DNA from: Candidatus Binatia bacterium
Lineage (GTDB): Bacteria > Desulfobacterota > Binatia > HRBIN30
NCBI GenBank assembly: GCA_041497995.1
Contig: JBGQHM010000111.1
Span: 1-17,016, forward strand
Reading direction: 5' to 3'
DNA length: 17,016 nt
Numbering within the stretch: the stretch's first letter is position 1; each line of letters opens with the position of its first letter. The notes below the pieces were generated by a model. That model saw nothing but the letters and a program-made list of their open reading frames with translations. It had not been told where the DNA came from and searched no databases. This document shows, in pieces, positions 1 to 8,633 of the stretch. The position numbers were made by a program, and so were the translations under genes.

Positions 1-2073
1 GCTTGGGAACGTGACACGCCGCGCACGAATTGGGGTCTCGGGTTCATCGAAGTGCACGACGCACGCGCAATGCCGCTCGGTTGGACCGAGCCCGACTTCG
101 ACGACGCGGCGTGGGACGCCGTGCAGATCCTGTCCGTTGGCGGCGGGCCACCTGACTCGATGCTCGGCGGTCTGAAGATCGAGCCGTTTCCCACGCTCGT
201 GCCACGCGCGATTCCGTTCCTCACAGAGGCGCCGGTTGCGCCCCTGCGTGTCGTCCAATGGTACGGCGCGGTTCCCGACAAGGAGTTGTCGCTGGAACGC
301 AGGCTCTATGAGGAAACGCTGCAGCCGTTGCCAGCCGGGGCGGTCGACCATCCCGACGCGTTGCTGCAATCCGACGACGGCGTGACCACTGTGCGCACGG
401 TCGAGGGATTGGATACCTCCTTCCTGCTCGACTTCGGACGCATCCATTCCGGCTATCCATTCATCGAGTTGGAGGCGCACGGTGGCGAAGTCGTCGAGGT
501 CGCGGTGGCCGAGGGCATTCCGGGTGAGTGGGACGCTGCGCTGCCGGCGCAGCCGCGCATCTCGAAAGACAGCGGGCACGGGACACATCTCTTCCGCTAC
601 ATCGCGCGGCCCGGCCGCCAGCGCTTCGAGCGTTTCGAATGGGCTGCCGTGCGCTACGCGCAAGTCACCGTGCGCAGCGCACCGCGTGGTCTGCACATCC
701 GTCACGTTGGGTCGACGTTCACGCACTACCCCGCCGACGCACGCGGGCGCTTCGAGTGTTCTGATCCGTTGCTCAACCAGCTGTGGGAGGTTGGGCGCTA
801 CACGCTGCAGCTGTGCATGCACGACGGCTGGGAGGACTGTCCCGGCCGCGAGCAACGTCAATGGCTCGGTGATGCCACAGTCGAGTTCCTCGTCGGCCAG
901 GCCGCGTTCGGCCCCAGTATCAACGCGCTCAACCGTCAGTTCCTGCAGCACGCCGCGGAGAGTCAGCGGTCCGACGGGCTGACGCAGATGTATGCGCCGG
1001 GAGATCATCGCACCAACGGCATGCTCATCCCCGATTGGACGCTGCAGTGGATCCTGAACGCCGAGCAGCATCTGCTGTACACCGGAGAAGTCGATGCGAT
1101 CGAGGCCGTGTTCCCAGCGATTCAGCGCGCGCTGGCGTGGTTCGAGCGGCAGATCGGACCGCACGACCTGGTGGCCAACCTACCGTACTGGCACTTCCAC
1201 GATTGGGCGGCGGTCGGGCGACAGGGGGAAGCGGCGACGCTCAACGCCGTCCTCGTCGGCGCGTTACGCGCCGGTGCAACGCTCGCGCGGGCGCTCGAAT
1301 CGGGACGCGCGGCGCGCCGCTACGACGCTGTGGCCGAGCGCATCACGGCGGCACTCAACGCGCGCCATTGGGATGCAGAGCGCGGAGTGTACGTCGACTG
1401 CGTCGACCCCGCGACCGACAAGCGCGAGCCACGTGCTTCGCAGCATGCCAACGCAGCACTGATTCTGTGGGACATCGCGCCGCGCGAGCGCTGGGCGTCG
1501 ATGATCCAGCGCATCACCGACCCGGCGCGCGTCGTCTTCACCGCCGCGCCGCCCATCGTGCCGAGCGGTGCGCCCTTCGATCCTGAGAACAACGTCGTCC
1601 TGGCCAACACGTTCTTCAGCCACTTCGTCTACCGCGCCCTCTGCCGCGCCGGTCGGTTCGATCTCGTGCTGGCAATGATGCGCGAGCGTTACGGCCGCAT
1701 GCTGGCGCGCGGCGCCACGACGCTGTGGGAGAGCTACGACCCCACCGCCAGCCTGTGCCATGGCTTCTCGGCGACTCCCGTGTACCAGTTGTCGACGGAG
1801 GTGCTTGGGGTGTACCCCACCGCACCCGGCTTCACCCGCTTCCGCGTGTCGCCGCAACTCGGTGATCTGCAGCGGGCCGGCGGACGCTTTCCCACTGTGC
1901 GGGGCGACGTCGAAGTACAGTGGGTGCGGAGCGCAGATCGAGTCGACATCGACATTACGGTCCCGGATCACACCGAGGCGGAACTGATTCCACCGTTCGG
2001 CGGCGACCCGCCGGTGCGGCTGGGACCGGGCCGCCATCGTTCGCGCGTTGCGGTCCCACACGAAAAAGCTTGA
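1..2073 (+). CDS. Glycoside hydrolase family 78 (alpha-L-rhamnosidase-like, six-hairpin glycosidase), 5'-truncated by the window edge
   Basis: Frame 1 is open from nt 1 with no stop, so the listed M at 52 is probably internal. The GH78-typical segment 'WEDCPGREQRQWLGD' and (alpha/alpha)6-barrel-like content are present. Stop is TGA at 2071-2073. Confidence 0.7.
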   Translation, partial: AWERDTPRTNWGLGFIEVHDARAMPLGWTEPDFDDAAWDAVQILSVGGGPPDSMLGGLKIEPFPTLVPRAIPFLTEAPVAPLRVVQWYGAVPDKELSLERRLYEETLQPLPAGAVDHPDALLQSDDGVTTVRTVEGLDTSFLLDFGRIHSGYPFIELEAHGGEVVEVAVAEGIPGEWDAALPAQPRISKDSGHGTHLFRYIARPGRQRFERFEWAAVRYAQVTVRSAPRGLHIRHVGSTFTHYPADARGRFECSDPLLNQLWEVGRYTLQLCMHDGWEDCPGREQRQWLGDATVEFLVGQAAFGPSINALNRQFLQHAAESQRSDGLTQMYAPGDHRTNGMLIPDWTLQWILNAEQHLLYTGEVDAIEAVFPAIQRALAWFERQIGPHDLVANLPYWHFHDWAAVGRQGEAATLNAVLVGALRAGATLARALESGRAARRYDAVAERITAALNARHWDAERGVYVDCVDPATDKREPRASQHANAALILWDIAPRERWASMIQRITDPARVVFTAAPPIVPSGAPFDPENNVVLANTFFSHFVYRALCRAGRFDLVLAMMRERYGRMLARGATTLWESYDPTASLCHGFSATPVYQLSTEVLGVYPTAPGFTRFRVSPQLGDLQRAGGRFPTVRGDVEVQWVRSADRVDIDITVPDHTEAELIPPFGGDPPVRLGPGRHRSRVAVPHEKA

Positions 2074-2153
2074 CCTTGAGAGCCAGGACGCCTACCTTCG
2101 CAGCGTTGGCTCCGGGGGGAGCGGAACCCTACAGATCGATGGAGGGACAGCTG

Positions 2154-2810
2154 ATGGAGGGACATCGCACGAGAGCGCGCGCGTTGGTAACTCTCACCGC
2201 GTGCACGGCGTTGCTTGCTGCCGTTAGTCTTCGCCCGAACCCCACGCTTGCTCAGGGCACCGGGGTAGGGGACTGCCTGAAGGGATGCCGGACCACCGCC
2301 AAGTCGTGCAATGATCCGGTGCGCAGCGACCACAAGACCTGTGCGCAGGGCTGCCGCGACGACATGAAGACGACGCTGCAAGGGTGCAAGACGGCTCAAG
2401 ACCCCGCGGCCTGCATCGGCGGCGCGTTTGACGGAGCCGAGACCTGCCTCGATGGCTGCCGGGCAACGGGGCAGACGGCTCACGCGACCTGCTTCGGCAA
2501 CACCAACGATTGCATCAAGGTGTGCACCCCGGAGTTGGGTGACTGCATCGTCGGCTGCCGGGAAACTGCGCGCACCTGCAAACAGGCAGCATATGATACC
2601 GGGTACACCTGCAAAGACAGCTGCCGGGAAACGCTGAAGACCATGCTGCAAGGCTGTCCGAGCGCCGCCGACCCGAGCGCCTGTGCGCACGCCGCGCGCG
2701 ACGCGGCAAAGATGTGCACGCAGCCGTGCGCGGACGCCGTCCGGTCTGCGATGAATGGTTGCACGGCGGACGCGAAGACGTGCAAGAACGGCTGCCTCTC
2801 AGTGCAGTAA
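2154..2810 (+). CDS. Secreted or lipoprotein-like cysteine-rich tandem-repeat protein of unknown function
   Basis: ATG at 2154 follows GGAGGG (2141-2146) at a 7-nt spacing. An in-frame ATG at 2139 is an alternative start, and the track ORF start at 1920 is an upstream read-through. The N-terminus 'MEGHRTRARALVTLTAC...' has a positive n-region, a hydrophobic core and a possible lipobox L-T-A-C. The mature part carries about 26 Cys in alternating 'CxxGCRxTAxxC' (~22 aa) and 'CxxxCRxxxKTxLQGCxxAxDPxAC' (~35 aa) modules. Confidence 0.6.
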   Translation: MEGHRTRARALVTLTACTALLAAVSLRPNPTLAQGTGVGDCLKGCRTTAKSCNDPVRSDHKTCAQGCRDDMKTTLQGCKTAQDPAACIGGAFDGAETCLDGCRATGQTAHATCFGNTNDCIKVCTPELGDCIVGCRETARTCKQAAYDTGYTCKDSCRETLKTMLQGCPSAADPSACAHAARDAAKMCTQPCADAVRSAMNGCTADAKTCKNGCLSVQ

Positions 2811-2830
2811 CGAGCCCGTACCGCATAAGC

Positions 2831-2870
2831 AAAGGGGGGTGGTACCGCGTGACGGTGCCACCCCCCTTGT
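2831..2870. terminator. Bidirectional rho-independent terminator between convergent genes
   Basis: A 14-bp GC-rich stem (2834-2847 pairing 2853-2866, one G.U pair) closes a 5-nt loop. It is flanked by AAA (2831-2833) and TTGT (2867-2870). It lies between the 2810 stop of the + gene and the 2892 stop of the - gene. Confidence 0.7.
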
Positions 2871-2891
2871 GCGTTCTACGAACCTTCTGAC

Positions 2892-4016
2892 TTAGTTCGA
2901 CAACTTGTACAGCTTCGCCGCATTGCCGGCACACATCTGTTGGCGCTCGGCGGTCGGCACGTCGCGGAACATGTCGTCGACGACGCGACGCGTCTCTGGC
3001 CAATCGCAGCCGTGGTGCGGATAGTCGGTCGACCACATCATGTTCTCGACGCCGATGACGTGGCGGTTCATCACGGCGTAGCGATCGATCATGAACGCGG
3101 CGCGCCAGTTCCGATGAAAGTAGAAGCTCGGCTCGTGCTTGAGCTTCACGGGGAGCCACCAGCGATTGCGCCACCAGCGATCGTCCATCTGCTCGAGGAT
3201 GTAGGGGATCCACCCGCACCCTGTTTCGACGGCGACCCAGATCAAATTGGGAAACCGATCATGCACACCGGAGCTGATGATCTCCGGCAGGTCAGTGATC
3301 ATGCTCGATGCACCGACGGTGGCCAACCCGGTGAGGTCGTCGCCGCGCACGCCCTTGGGCTTCGGCTTCAGGATCTGGCGCATCACCCGCACGTGAAAGT
3401 GCACCGGCACACATGCCGCCTGCACGGCATCCCAGAACGGATCGTCTTCGGGGCGGATCGCCGGGCCGGCGCTGGGCATGGTGTTGAGCCACACCCCGCG
3501 CATGCCCATCTTCAGGCAGCGTTCCATTTCCTTGATGCACGCATCGACGCCGAGCGCCGGCATCGCCGCCAACCCGATGAGCCGGTCCGGCGCTGCTTTC
3601 ACGAACTCCTGCGCCAGCCAGTTGTTGTAGGCCTGCACACCAGCGAGATGGAACTCGGGGTCAGGATCGGAAAAGAAGTGACTCATCATGCGCGCCGAAC
3701 CGAAGAGCACTTCCGCGTCGACGCCGTCGGTGTCCTGTTCTTCGAGACGCGGCGCCGCCTTGAAGTTCCCTTGATTCGCCGCCGCGAAGGTCACGCCGGT
3801 CCAGCGCACCTCTTCATGCTTGCGGCCCGCTGATGCGTAAATCCCGATCGGTGCCGGAGGCGTTTCGGGGGCAAACTGCCACGCTTCGCCACCTTCGCCG
3901 TCGGGCACGACTCGCGGTGCTTTCGCATGGAACTTCTTGGGCATGTACTCGGTCCACAGATGCGGCGGTTCGAGGATGTGCGAGTCCGCCGAGATGAGTC
4001 TGTATTCACGCGCCAT
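2892..4016 (-). CDS. Amidohydrolase-2 family metal-dependent hydrolase/decarboxylase (ACMSD/LigW-like)
   Basis: A 374-aa ORF. The N-terminus 'ISADSHILEPPHLWTEYMP' matches the Amidohydro_2 metal-binding HxH-type start. His/Asp residues typical of the TIM-barrel amidohydrolase fold follow. Confidence 0.7.
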   Translation of the reverse strand: MAREYRLISADSHILEPPHLWTEYMPKKFHAKAPRVVPDGEGGEAWQFAPETPPAPIGIYASAGRKHEEVRWTGVTFAAANQGNFKAAPRLEEQDTDGVDAEVLFGSARMMSHFFSDPDPEFHLAGVQAYNNWLAQEFVKAAPDRLIGLAAMPALGVDACIKEMERCLKMGMRGVWLNTMPSAGPAIRPEDDPFWDAVQAACVPVHFHVRVMRQILKPKPKGVRGDDLTGLATVGASSMITDLPEIISSGVHDRFPNLIWVAVETGCGWIPYILEQMDDRWWRNRWWLPVKLKHEPSFYFHRNWRAAFMIDRYAVMNRHVIGVENMMWSTDYPHHGCDWPETRRVVDDMFRDVPTAERQQMCAGNAAKLYKLSN

Positions 4017-4099
4017 GGGTACGACCTTTCTTTGTTCGGCTCCCGGAGGCAGACGCGCTGCCTCCGGCGACTGAGCGCCAGCGCTGCCGGCGTGAGCGT

Positions 4100-4135
4100 T
4101 CGTTCTTCACTGAACTAACACTTGTTAATATAGCC
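4100..4135. promoter_or_regulatory. AT-rich island with short palindromes in the divergent amidohydrolase/adhE promoter region; candidate operator
   Basis: 'cttcactgaactaacacttgttaatatagcc' is a local GC drop in a region otherwise about 68% GC. It contains the palindromes TTCAcTGAA (4106-4114) and TAACActTGTTA (4116-4127). It lies about 170 nt upstream of the adhE start. Confidence 0.3.
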
Positions 4136-4302
4136 TTCTGGCAGGTGCAAGAGTCTTCGCAGTCGTCGCAGGGCCGGTGCTGATGGTTTTCAGGAAATGC
4201 GAACGCTCTTCCTGCTGCGGGCCGCGGGTGGCCGCTATGCAACTGGCACCACGCTTGCTCAACTCGTTCTTCAACCAGTGCGGTGCGTGAGGAGGGACTC
4301 CG

Positions 4303-6939
4303 ATGCTCCAGACGGCAATCAAGCTGGGTGACCCCCCCCAGGTGGCGAGCGTGCGACGGAAGGAGCTCACGCCGGAGCGCCAGCGATATCTGGACGAGTT
4401 GGTGTCCCGCTCGCGGCACGCGGCGGCGACGTTCTACCAATTCTCGCAGGAGCAGGTGGATCGTTGCGTGCGTGCGATGGTGCTCGCCGGACTGGAGGCG
4501 GCGCAGCAGTTGGCGGCGCTCGCGGTGACGGAGACGAAGCTCGGGGTGCTCGAAGACAAGGTGGTCAAGAACATGGTGGCGACCGAGTTCGTGTACCACT
4601 CGATCAAGGACGAGAAAACGGTCGGGGTCATCCGCGAGTGTCCGGAGCGCAACCTGAAAGAGATCGCCGAGCCGATCGGTGTCATCCTCGGTGTCACGCC
4701 GATCACCAACCCGACGTCGACCGTGCTGTTCAAGTCGTTGATGATGGCGAAGACGCGTAACGCGGTGGTGTTCTGCCCGCATCCGGGCGCGCAGCAGTGC
4801 TCGAACGAGGCGGCACGCGTGATGTACGAGGCCGCGCTCGCGGCGGGGGCACCAGAGGGGTTCATCGGCTGGGTCGATGACATCGCCATCAGCGACACGC
4901 AGTATCTGATGCGTCACCCGGATGTGGCGCTCATCGATGCCACCGGCGGGCCGGGCGTGGTGAAAGCGGCGTACAGCTCCGGCAAACCGGCGCTCGGCGT
5001 CGGCGCCGGCAACGTGCCCTGCTACATCCACCGCAGCGCCGACCTCAACATGGCCGTCGTCGACATCCTCACTTCGAAGACCTTCGACAACGGCACCATT
5101 TGCGCGTCGGAGCAGACGGTACTTGTGGACCGTTCGGTGTACGCGCGCGTCGTCGAGCTCTTCGCGTCGCTCGGTGCGCATGTCTGCAGCGCAGAGGAAG
5201 TCGCGCTGCTCGAGCGCACCGTGGTGGATGCCACCACCGGGACGATGCGCCCGACGGCCGTCGGGCAGAGCGCGCCGGCGATCGCGCACGCCATCGGCAT
5301 GCACGTCGCGCCGGGCACCAAGCTGCTGCTGGCGCCGCTCCAAGGCGTCGGACGCGCCCACCCGCTGTCGTGCGAGAAGCTGTTCCCGGTCCTCGGCATC
5401 CTCCCGGTCGATGGCGAGGACGAAGCCATCAACGCCGCGATGGACGTGCTCTACTTCGGCGGCGTCGGTCACACCGCGTCGATCTTTTGTGAAGACGACG
5501 CGGTCATCGATCGCTATGGTGTGGCGCTGAACGCCGGGCGCATCATCGTCAACTGCCCCTCGTCAGTCGGCGCTCTCGGCGGCGTCTACAACGACCTGCG
5601 GCCGACCTTCTCGTTCGGCTGCGGCACCGGCGGCGGCAACAGCACGATCGAGAACGTCAGCGTGCGCAACTACATGAACGTCAAGCAGCTGGCGAAGCGG
5701 ACGCCGGCGCACCAGTGGCTGCGCGTGCCGAACCAGATCTACTACAACTTGCACGCGCTGGAGAACCTGCGCGCCATCGACGCCGGGAACGTGTTGATCA
5801 TCACTAGCCAGGACTTGGACGACCTCGGCCTGGTTGATCAAGTCCGCTCGTATCTCCCGAACGGCTCGCACGCTCACGTCTTCAACGAGGTAGAGGTCGA
5901 GCCGACGTATCGCGTCATCGCGCGCGGCGTCGAGGCGATCCAGCACCATCATCCCGATCACCTCATCGCCGTAGGTGGTGGCTCGGTCATGGATGCAGCG
6001 AAGGCGATGCGCTTGTTCTACGCGCATCCCGACTTGGACTTTCGCAGCTTGGAGACCACCTTCCTCGATCCACGCAAGCGAGTCATTCAGTACCCGCGCC
6101 AGGCACGCGATCATCTCAGGCTCATTGCCATCCCCACGACCAGCGGCACCGGCTCGGAAGTGACGCCGTTCGCGGTGATCACCGACAGCGAGCGCGGCCG
6201 CAAGGTACCGTTGTATGACAATAGTCTCATTCCCGACGTCGCGATCATCGATCCGCAGCTGGTGCGTGGCCTGCCGGCAAGCGTCACCGCCGATACCGGA
6301 CTCGATGCACTGACGCACGCGTTGGAGGCCGGCGTATCGATATTTGCGTCGGAGTATACGGACGCGCTGGCGCTGCAAGCCGCGCGGGTGGTCTTCGAGT
6401 TTTTGCCGCGGGCGGTGCACGACGGCAGCGACATGGAGGCGCGCGCCAAGATGCACAACGCCGCCTGCATGGCAGGGATGGCGTTCGCCAACGCCTTCGT
6501 CGGCGTCAACCATGCGCTGGCGCACAGCCTCGGATCGGCGTTCAAGATTCCGCACGGACGTGCCAACGCCGTGCTGTTGCCGTACGTTGTGCGCTACAAC
6601 GCCGCGGTGCCGAGTAAGTTCATGCCCTTCCCCAACGTCAAAGCCTACGTCGCGCACCGCAAGTATGCACAGTTTGCCGAGGCCATGAGTTGGGGCGGCT
6701 CGAGCCCTGAGGAGAAGGTCGAGATCCTGATCGCCAAGATCTTCGCGCTGCTGGAGACGTGCAATCTGCCGACCTCGATCAAGGAGTTGGGCATCGCCGC
6801 GGAAGACTTCGAGCGCGCGATACCCGATATCATCCGCGCCGCTTTCGACGACATCAGCATCCGGTCGAATCCGCGTATGCCGTTGATCAAGGAGCTCGAG
6901 GACATTCTGCGGACCGCATATGCGGGCCGCCGCAGCTGA
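4303..6939 (+). CDS. adhE: Bifunctional acetaldehyde-CoA/alcohol dehydrogenase AdhE (N-terminal ALDH domain plus C-terminal Fe-ADH domain)
   Basis: An 878-aa ORF. GAGGAGGG sits 6 nt upstream of the ATG. It is collinear with E. coli AdhE: 'FSQEQVD', the catalytic-Cys motif '[11 protein letters not shown]', Fe-ADH '[11 protein letters not shown]' and His-rich metal motifs 'HALAHSLG'. Confidence 0.9.
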   Translation: MLQTAIKLGDPPQVASVRRKELTPERQRYLDELVSRSRHAAATFYQFSQEQVDRCVRAMVLAGLEAAQQLAALAVTETKLGVLEDKVVKNMVATEFVYHSIKDEKTVGVIRECPERNLKEIAEPIGVILGVTPITNPTSTVLFKSLMMAKTRNAVVFCPHPGAQQCSNEAARVMYEAALAAGAPEGFIGWVDDIAISDTQYLMRHPDVALIDATGGPGVVKAAYSSGKPALGVGAGNVPCYIHRSADLNMAVVDILTSKTFDNGTICASEQTVLVDRSVYARVVELFASLGAHVCSAEEVALLERTVVDATTGTMRPTAVGQSAPAIAHAIGMHVAPGTKLLLAPLQGVGRAHPLSCEKLFPVLGILPVDGEDEAINAAMDVLYFGGVGHTASIFCEDDAVIDRYGVALNAGRIIVNCPSSVGALGGVYNDLRPTFSFGCGTGGGNSTIENVSVRNYMNVKQLAKRTPAHQWLRVPNQIYYNLHALENLRAIDAGNVLIITSQDLDDLGLVDQVRSYLPNGSHAHVFNEVEVEPTYRVIARGVEAIQHHHPDHLIAVGGGSVMDAAKAMRLFYAHPDLDFRSLETTFLDPRKRVIQYPRQARDHLRLIAIPTTSGTGSEVTPFAVITDSERGRKVPLYDNSLIPDVAIIDPQLVRGLPASVTADTGLDALTHALEAGVSIFASEYTDALALQAARVVFEFLPRAVHDGSDMEARAKMHNAACMAGMAFANAFVGVNHALAHSLGSAFKIPHGRANAVLLPYVVRYNAAVPSKFMPFPNVKAYVAHRKYAQFAEAMSWGGSSPEEKVEILIAKIFALLETCNLPTSIKELGIAAEDFERAIPDIIRAAFDDISIRSNPRMPLIKELEDILRTAYAGRRS

Positions 6940-6954
6940 GGCGGGAGGCGTGAC

Positions 6955-7260
6955 ATGAATCATCTGAACGGAGAGAACCCGCGACTGCGGCTCGATCCGG
7001 ATGGGAGCGAAACGTTCCTCAAACACCTCAGGGCTGAGCTGCAGAAGCCGTCGGTGTGCGCGGTCACCGTCGATCTAGGACGCGTCGGGCGCGTCGACCC
7101 GTTGATTCTGCAGACGCTACGCACTGCCGGCGAGGAAGCGGACGTCACTCGCAAGGATCTCTACGTCGACGGCGCCGGACCCGTCGTGTACAAGTCCTTG
7201 CAGCTCGCCAAGCTCGGCTCATTCTTCAAGCGGCTGCATCACGCGACCGCGCCATGCTGA
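6955..7260 (+). CDS. Small STAS-domain-like protein (putative anti-sigma-factor-antagonist fold), translationally coupled to adhE
   Basis: The ATG at 6955 is preceded by GGGAGG (6941-6946). 'VTVDLGRVGRVDPLILQTL' and 'DLYVDGAGPVVYKSLQLAKLGSFF' loosely resemble the SpoIIAA/STAS core. This is a weak recall-based assignment. Confidence 0.35.
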   Translation: MNHLNGENPRLRLDPDGSETFLKHLRAELQKPSVCAVTVDLGRVGRVDPLILQTLRTAGEEADVTRKDLYVDGAGPVVYKSLQLAKLGSFFKRLHHATAPC

Positions 7261-7354
7261 CGAAGTTTGGTCTGCTCTCCTGACGCGCCATCAGGGTACG
7301 CTGGCGCACGCCGCCGCCGATCTGCTACAGCCACGGCCACACGCGAGGTGCGCC

Positions 7355-8131
7355 ATGGTGACAAGCGATCTGGACGTCGGCTCTCAGTACCTGCACGCCA
7401 CAAAGGGCGGCGGTGTGTTGCGTGTCGTCATCGACCGACCCAAGCGCCGCAACGCGCTGACCATCGAGATGTACCACGGCCTGAAGAAGGCCACGGTGCT
7501 CGCCGAGCGCGACCCCGATGTGGATGTGCTCGTCGTCACGAGCACCGGCGAGTACTTTTGCGTCGGCGGCGAGATGGGCGGGCAACATGAAGGTGGGCAG
7601 GCGCTCGACCGCGAGACCGATCGCTTCGACCTGCTGCCGTTCGTCGAGCTCGAGCGCTGCCCGAAGATCGTCGTGATGGCGATCAACGGCATGTGTCAGG
7701 GCGGCGGGCTCAACATGACTTTGATGAGCGACATCTCCGTGGTTTCCGACCGCGCGACCTTCCGCGCGCCCGAGTTGCTGCGCGGCGTCGCCGACTGCTT
7801 TCTCGGTGCGCGGCTGGCCAGCCGTATCGGCATCGCGCGCGCCAAGTATCTGCTGTTCACGGCGCAGTACATCAGCGCGCAAGAGGCGCTGGCCATAGGC
7901 CTCATCTCACGCGTCGTCCCGCACGATCAACTCGAGACCGCGCTTGCTGAAACCATCGGCTGGATCCGCCAGACCGGCCCGCACGCGCGCACCGCGCTAA
8001 AGCGTGACATGAACCGCCAGCTACCGGTGATCGACTACCCGATGTTCGCCGAGTCGCTCGCGTCTGAAGAAGTACGCGAAGGCTTCACCGCCTTCGTCGA
8101 GAAGCGCCCACCGCGCTGGGCGAGCAAGTAG
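7355..8131 (+). CDS. Enoyl-CoA hydratase/isomerase (crotonase superfamily)
   Basis: A 258-aa ORF. 'RVVIDRPKRRNALT', 'YFCVGGEMGG' and 'GMCQGGGLNMTLMSD' are the crotonase oxyanion-hole signatures. ATG at 7355, TAG at 8129-8131. Confidence 0.8.
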   Translation: MVTSDLDVGSQYLHATKGGGVLRVVIDRPKRRNALTIEMYHGLKKATVLAERDPDVDVLVVTSTGEYFCVGGEMGGQHEGGQALDRETDRFDLLPFVELERCPKIVVMAINGMCQGGGLNMTLMSDISVVSDRATFRAPELLRGVADCFLGARLASRIGIARAKYLLFTAQYISAQEALAIGLISRVVPHDQLETALAETIGWIRQTGPHARTALKRDMNRQLPVIDYPMFAESLASEEVREGFTAFVEKRPPRWASK

Positions 8132-8609
8132 CGCCGCAGAAGCGCCGGTAGGTCCCCCTCCTTACCAAGGAGGGGGCTAGGGGGGAGGTTGCTCTGCGCG
8201 CCCGCAACACGTCCTCGATCCGCGCCAGCACACCCGCAAGATTCTCGAAGACATCCACGTTCGCAAACCGAAGCACCTCAATCCCGAAGCTCTTCAAGTA
8301 CGCCGTTCGCCGCTGGTCGTACGCGACGGCGTCCGCGGTGAAATGCGAATCGCCGTCGATCTCGATCGCCAACTTCGATTGTACTGCGTAGAAGTCGAGG
8401 ACGTAAGCGTTGACGCCGTACTGTCTGTGGAACTTGGTGCCGCGTTGTGCGCCTTTGAGTTGCTGCAACAGCCGGCGCTCGGCTTCCGGCGCGTTGTTGC
8501 GCAGTGTTTGGCGTTTGGTGCGTTCGGTGTGTTTGTTGAAGTGGAGTGTCAGAGCAACCTCCCCCTGCCCCCTCCTTGGTAAGGAGGGGGACCTGTGCCG
8601 CGCCCACAC
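8085..8609 (-). CDS. DUF559 domain protein (Vsr-like endonuclease fold; E. coli YcjD-like) with uncertain true ends, since the ORF reads through both flanking inverted repeats
   Basis: The core 'NKHTERTKR...LRNNAPEAERRLLQQLKG...GTKFHRQYGVNAYVLDFYAVQSKLAIEIDGDSHF...QRRTAYLKSFGIEVLRFANVDVFENLAGVLARIEDVL' matches the short (~120 aa) DUF559 family. The only available start is GTG at 8609, just outside the right repeat. No internal Met exists. The C-terminal ~40 aa are translated from the left repeat and overlap the crotonase 3' end by 47 nt. Confidence 0.6.
   Translation of the reverse strand: MWARHRSPSLPRRGQGEVALTLHFNKHTERTKRQTLRNNAPEAERRLLQQLKGAQRGTKFHRQYGVNAYVLDFYAVQSKLAIEIDGDSHFTADAVAYDQRRTAYLKSFGIEVLRFANVDVFENLAGVLARIEDVLRARRATSPLAPSLVRRGTYRRFCGATCSPSAVGASRRRR
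8151..8196. repeat. Left terminal inverted repeat containing a perfect hairpin (CCCCCTCCTT-acc-AAGGAGGGGG, 8154-8176) plus 'ctaggggggaggttgctctg'
   Basis: Seen directly. Its reverse complement recurs at 8550-8593 with only two small indels. Confidence 0.8.
8550..8593. repeat. Right terminal inverted repeat: 'cagagcaacctccccctg' plus hairpin CCCCCTCCTT-ggt-AAGGAGGGGG (8568-8590)
   Basis: Reverse complement of the left repeat. Differences are 'c-tagggggg-a' versus 'c-aggggg-a'. Confidence 0.8.
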
Positions 8610-8633
8610 CGGCGCGGCGTCGAGCGTTGCCGG

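Larger units (their letters stand above)
8151..8593 (-). mobile_element. Candidate hairpin-bounded selfish/mobile unit carrying the DUF559 ORF
   Basis: About 45-bp inverted termini, each with an embedded 10-bp perfect palindrome. The unit sits directly after the crotonase stop with no spacer, between two unrelated genes. Confidence 0.4.

Noticed and set aside
1264-2061. 265-aa minus-strand ORF and other nested ORFs (221-460, 482-982, 1035-1586, 1320-1610)
   Set aside because: All lie inside or antisense to the GH78 gene. No motifs. GC-driven open frames.
1920-2153. Upstream in-frame extension of the Cys-rich ORF (track start 1920)
   Set aside because: It would overlap the GH78 3' end and precede the signal peptide. 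ATG 2154 (or 2139) with the GGAGGG site gives a proper N-terminal signal sequence.
2515-3833. ORFs 2515-3219(-) and 2940-3833(+)
   Set aside because: They overlap the amidohydrolase gene in alternative or antisense frames. The amidohydrolase frame carries the recognisable family motifs.
4006-5472. 488-aa minus-strand ORF
   Set aside because: Entirely antisense to the well-supported adhE gene. It has no family resemblance and a low-complexity R/A/G-rich composition typical of high-GC antisense frames.
5563-7026. 487-aa minus-strand ORF
   Set aside because: Antisense to adhE and the STAS-like ORF. Compositional artefact.
7267-7590. 107-aa plus-strand ORF
   Set aside because: Overlaps the crotonase gene start in another frame. 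R-rich artefact.
8147-8200. CRISPR-like reading of the GC palindromes
   Set aside because: Only two copies in inverted orientation flank a coding segment. There is no array of direct repeats with spacers.
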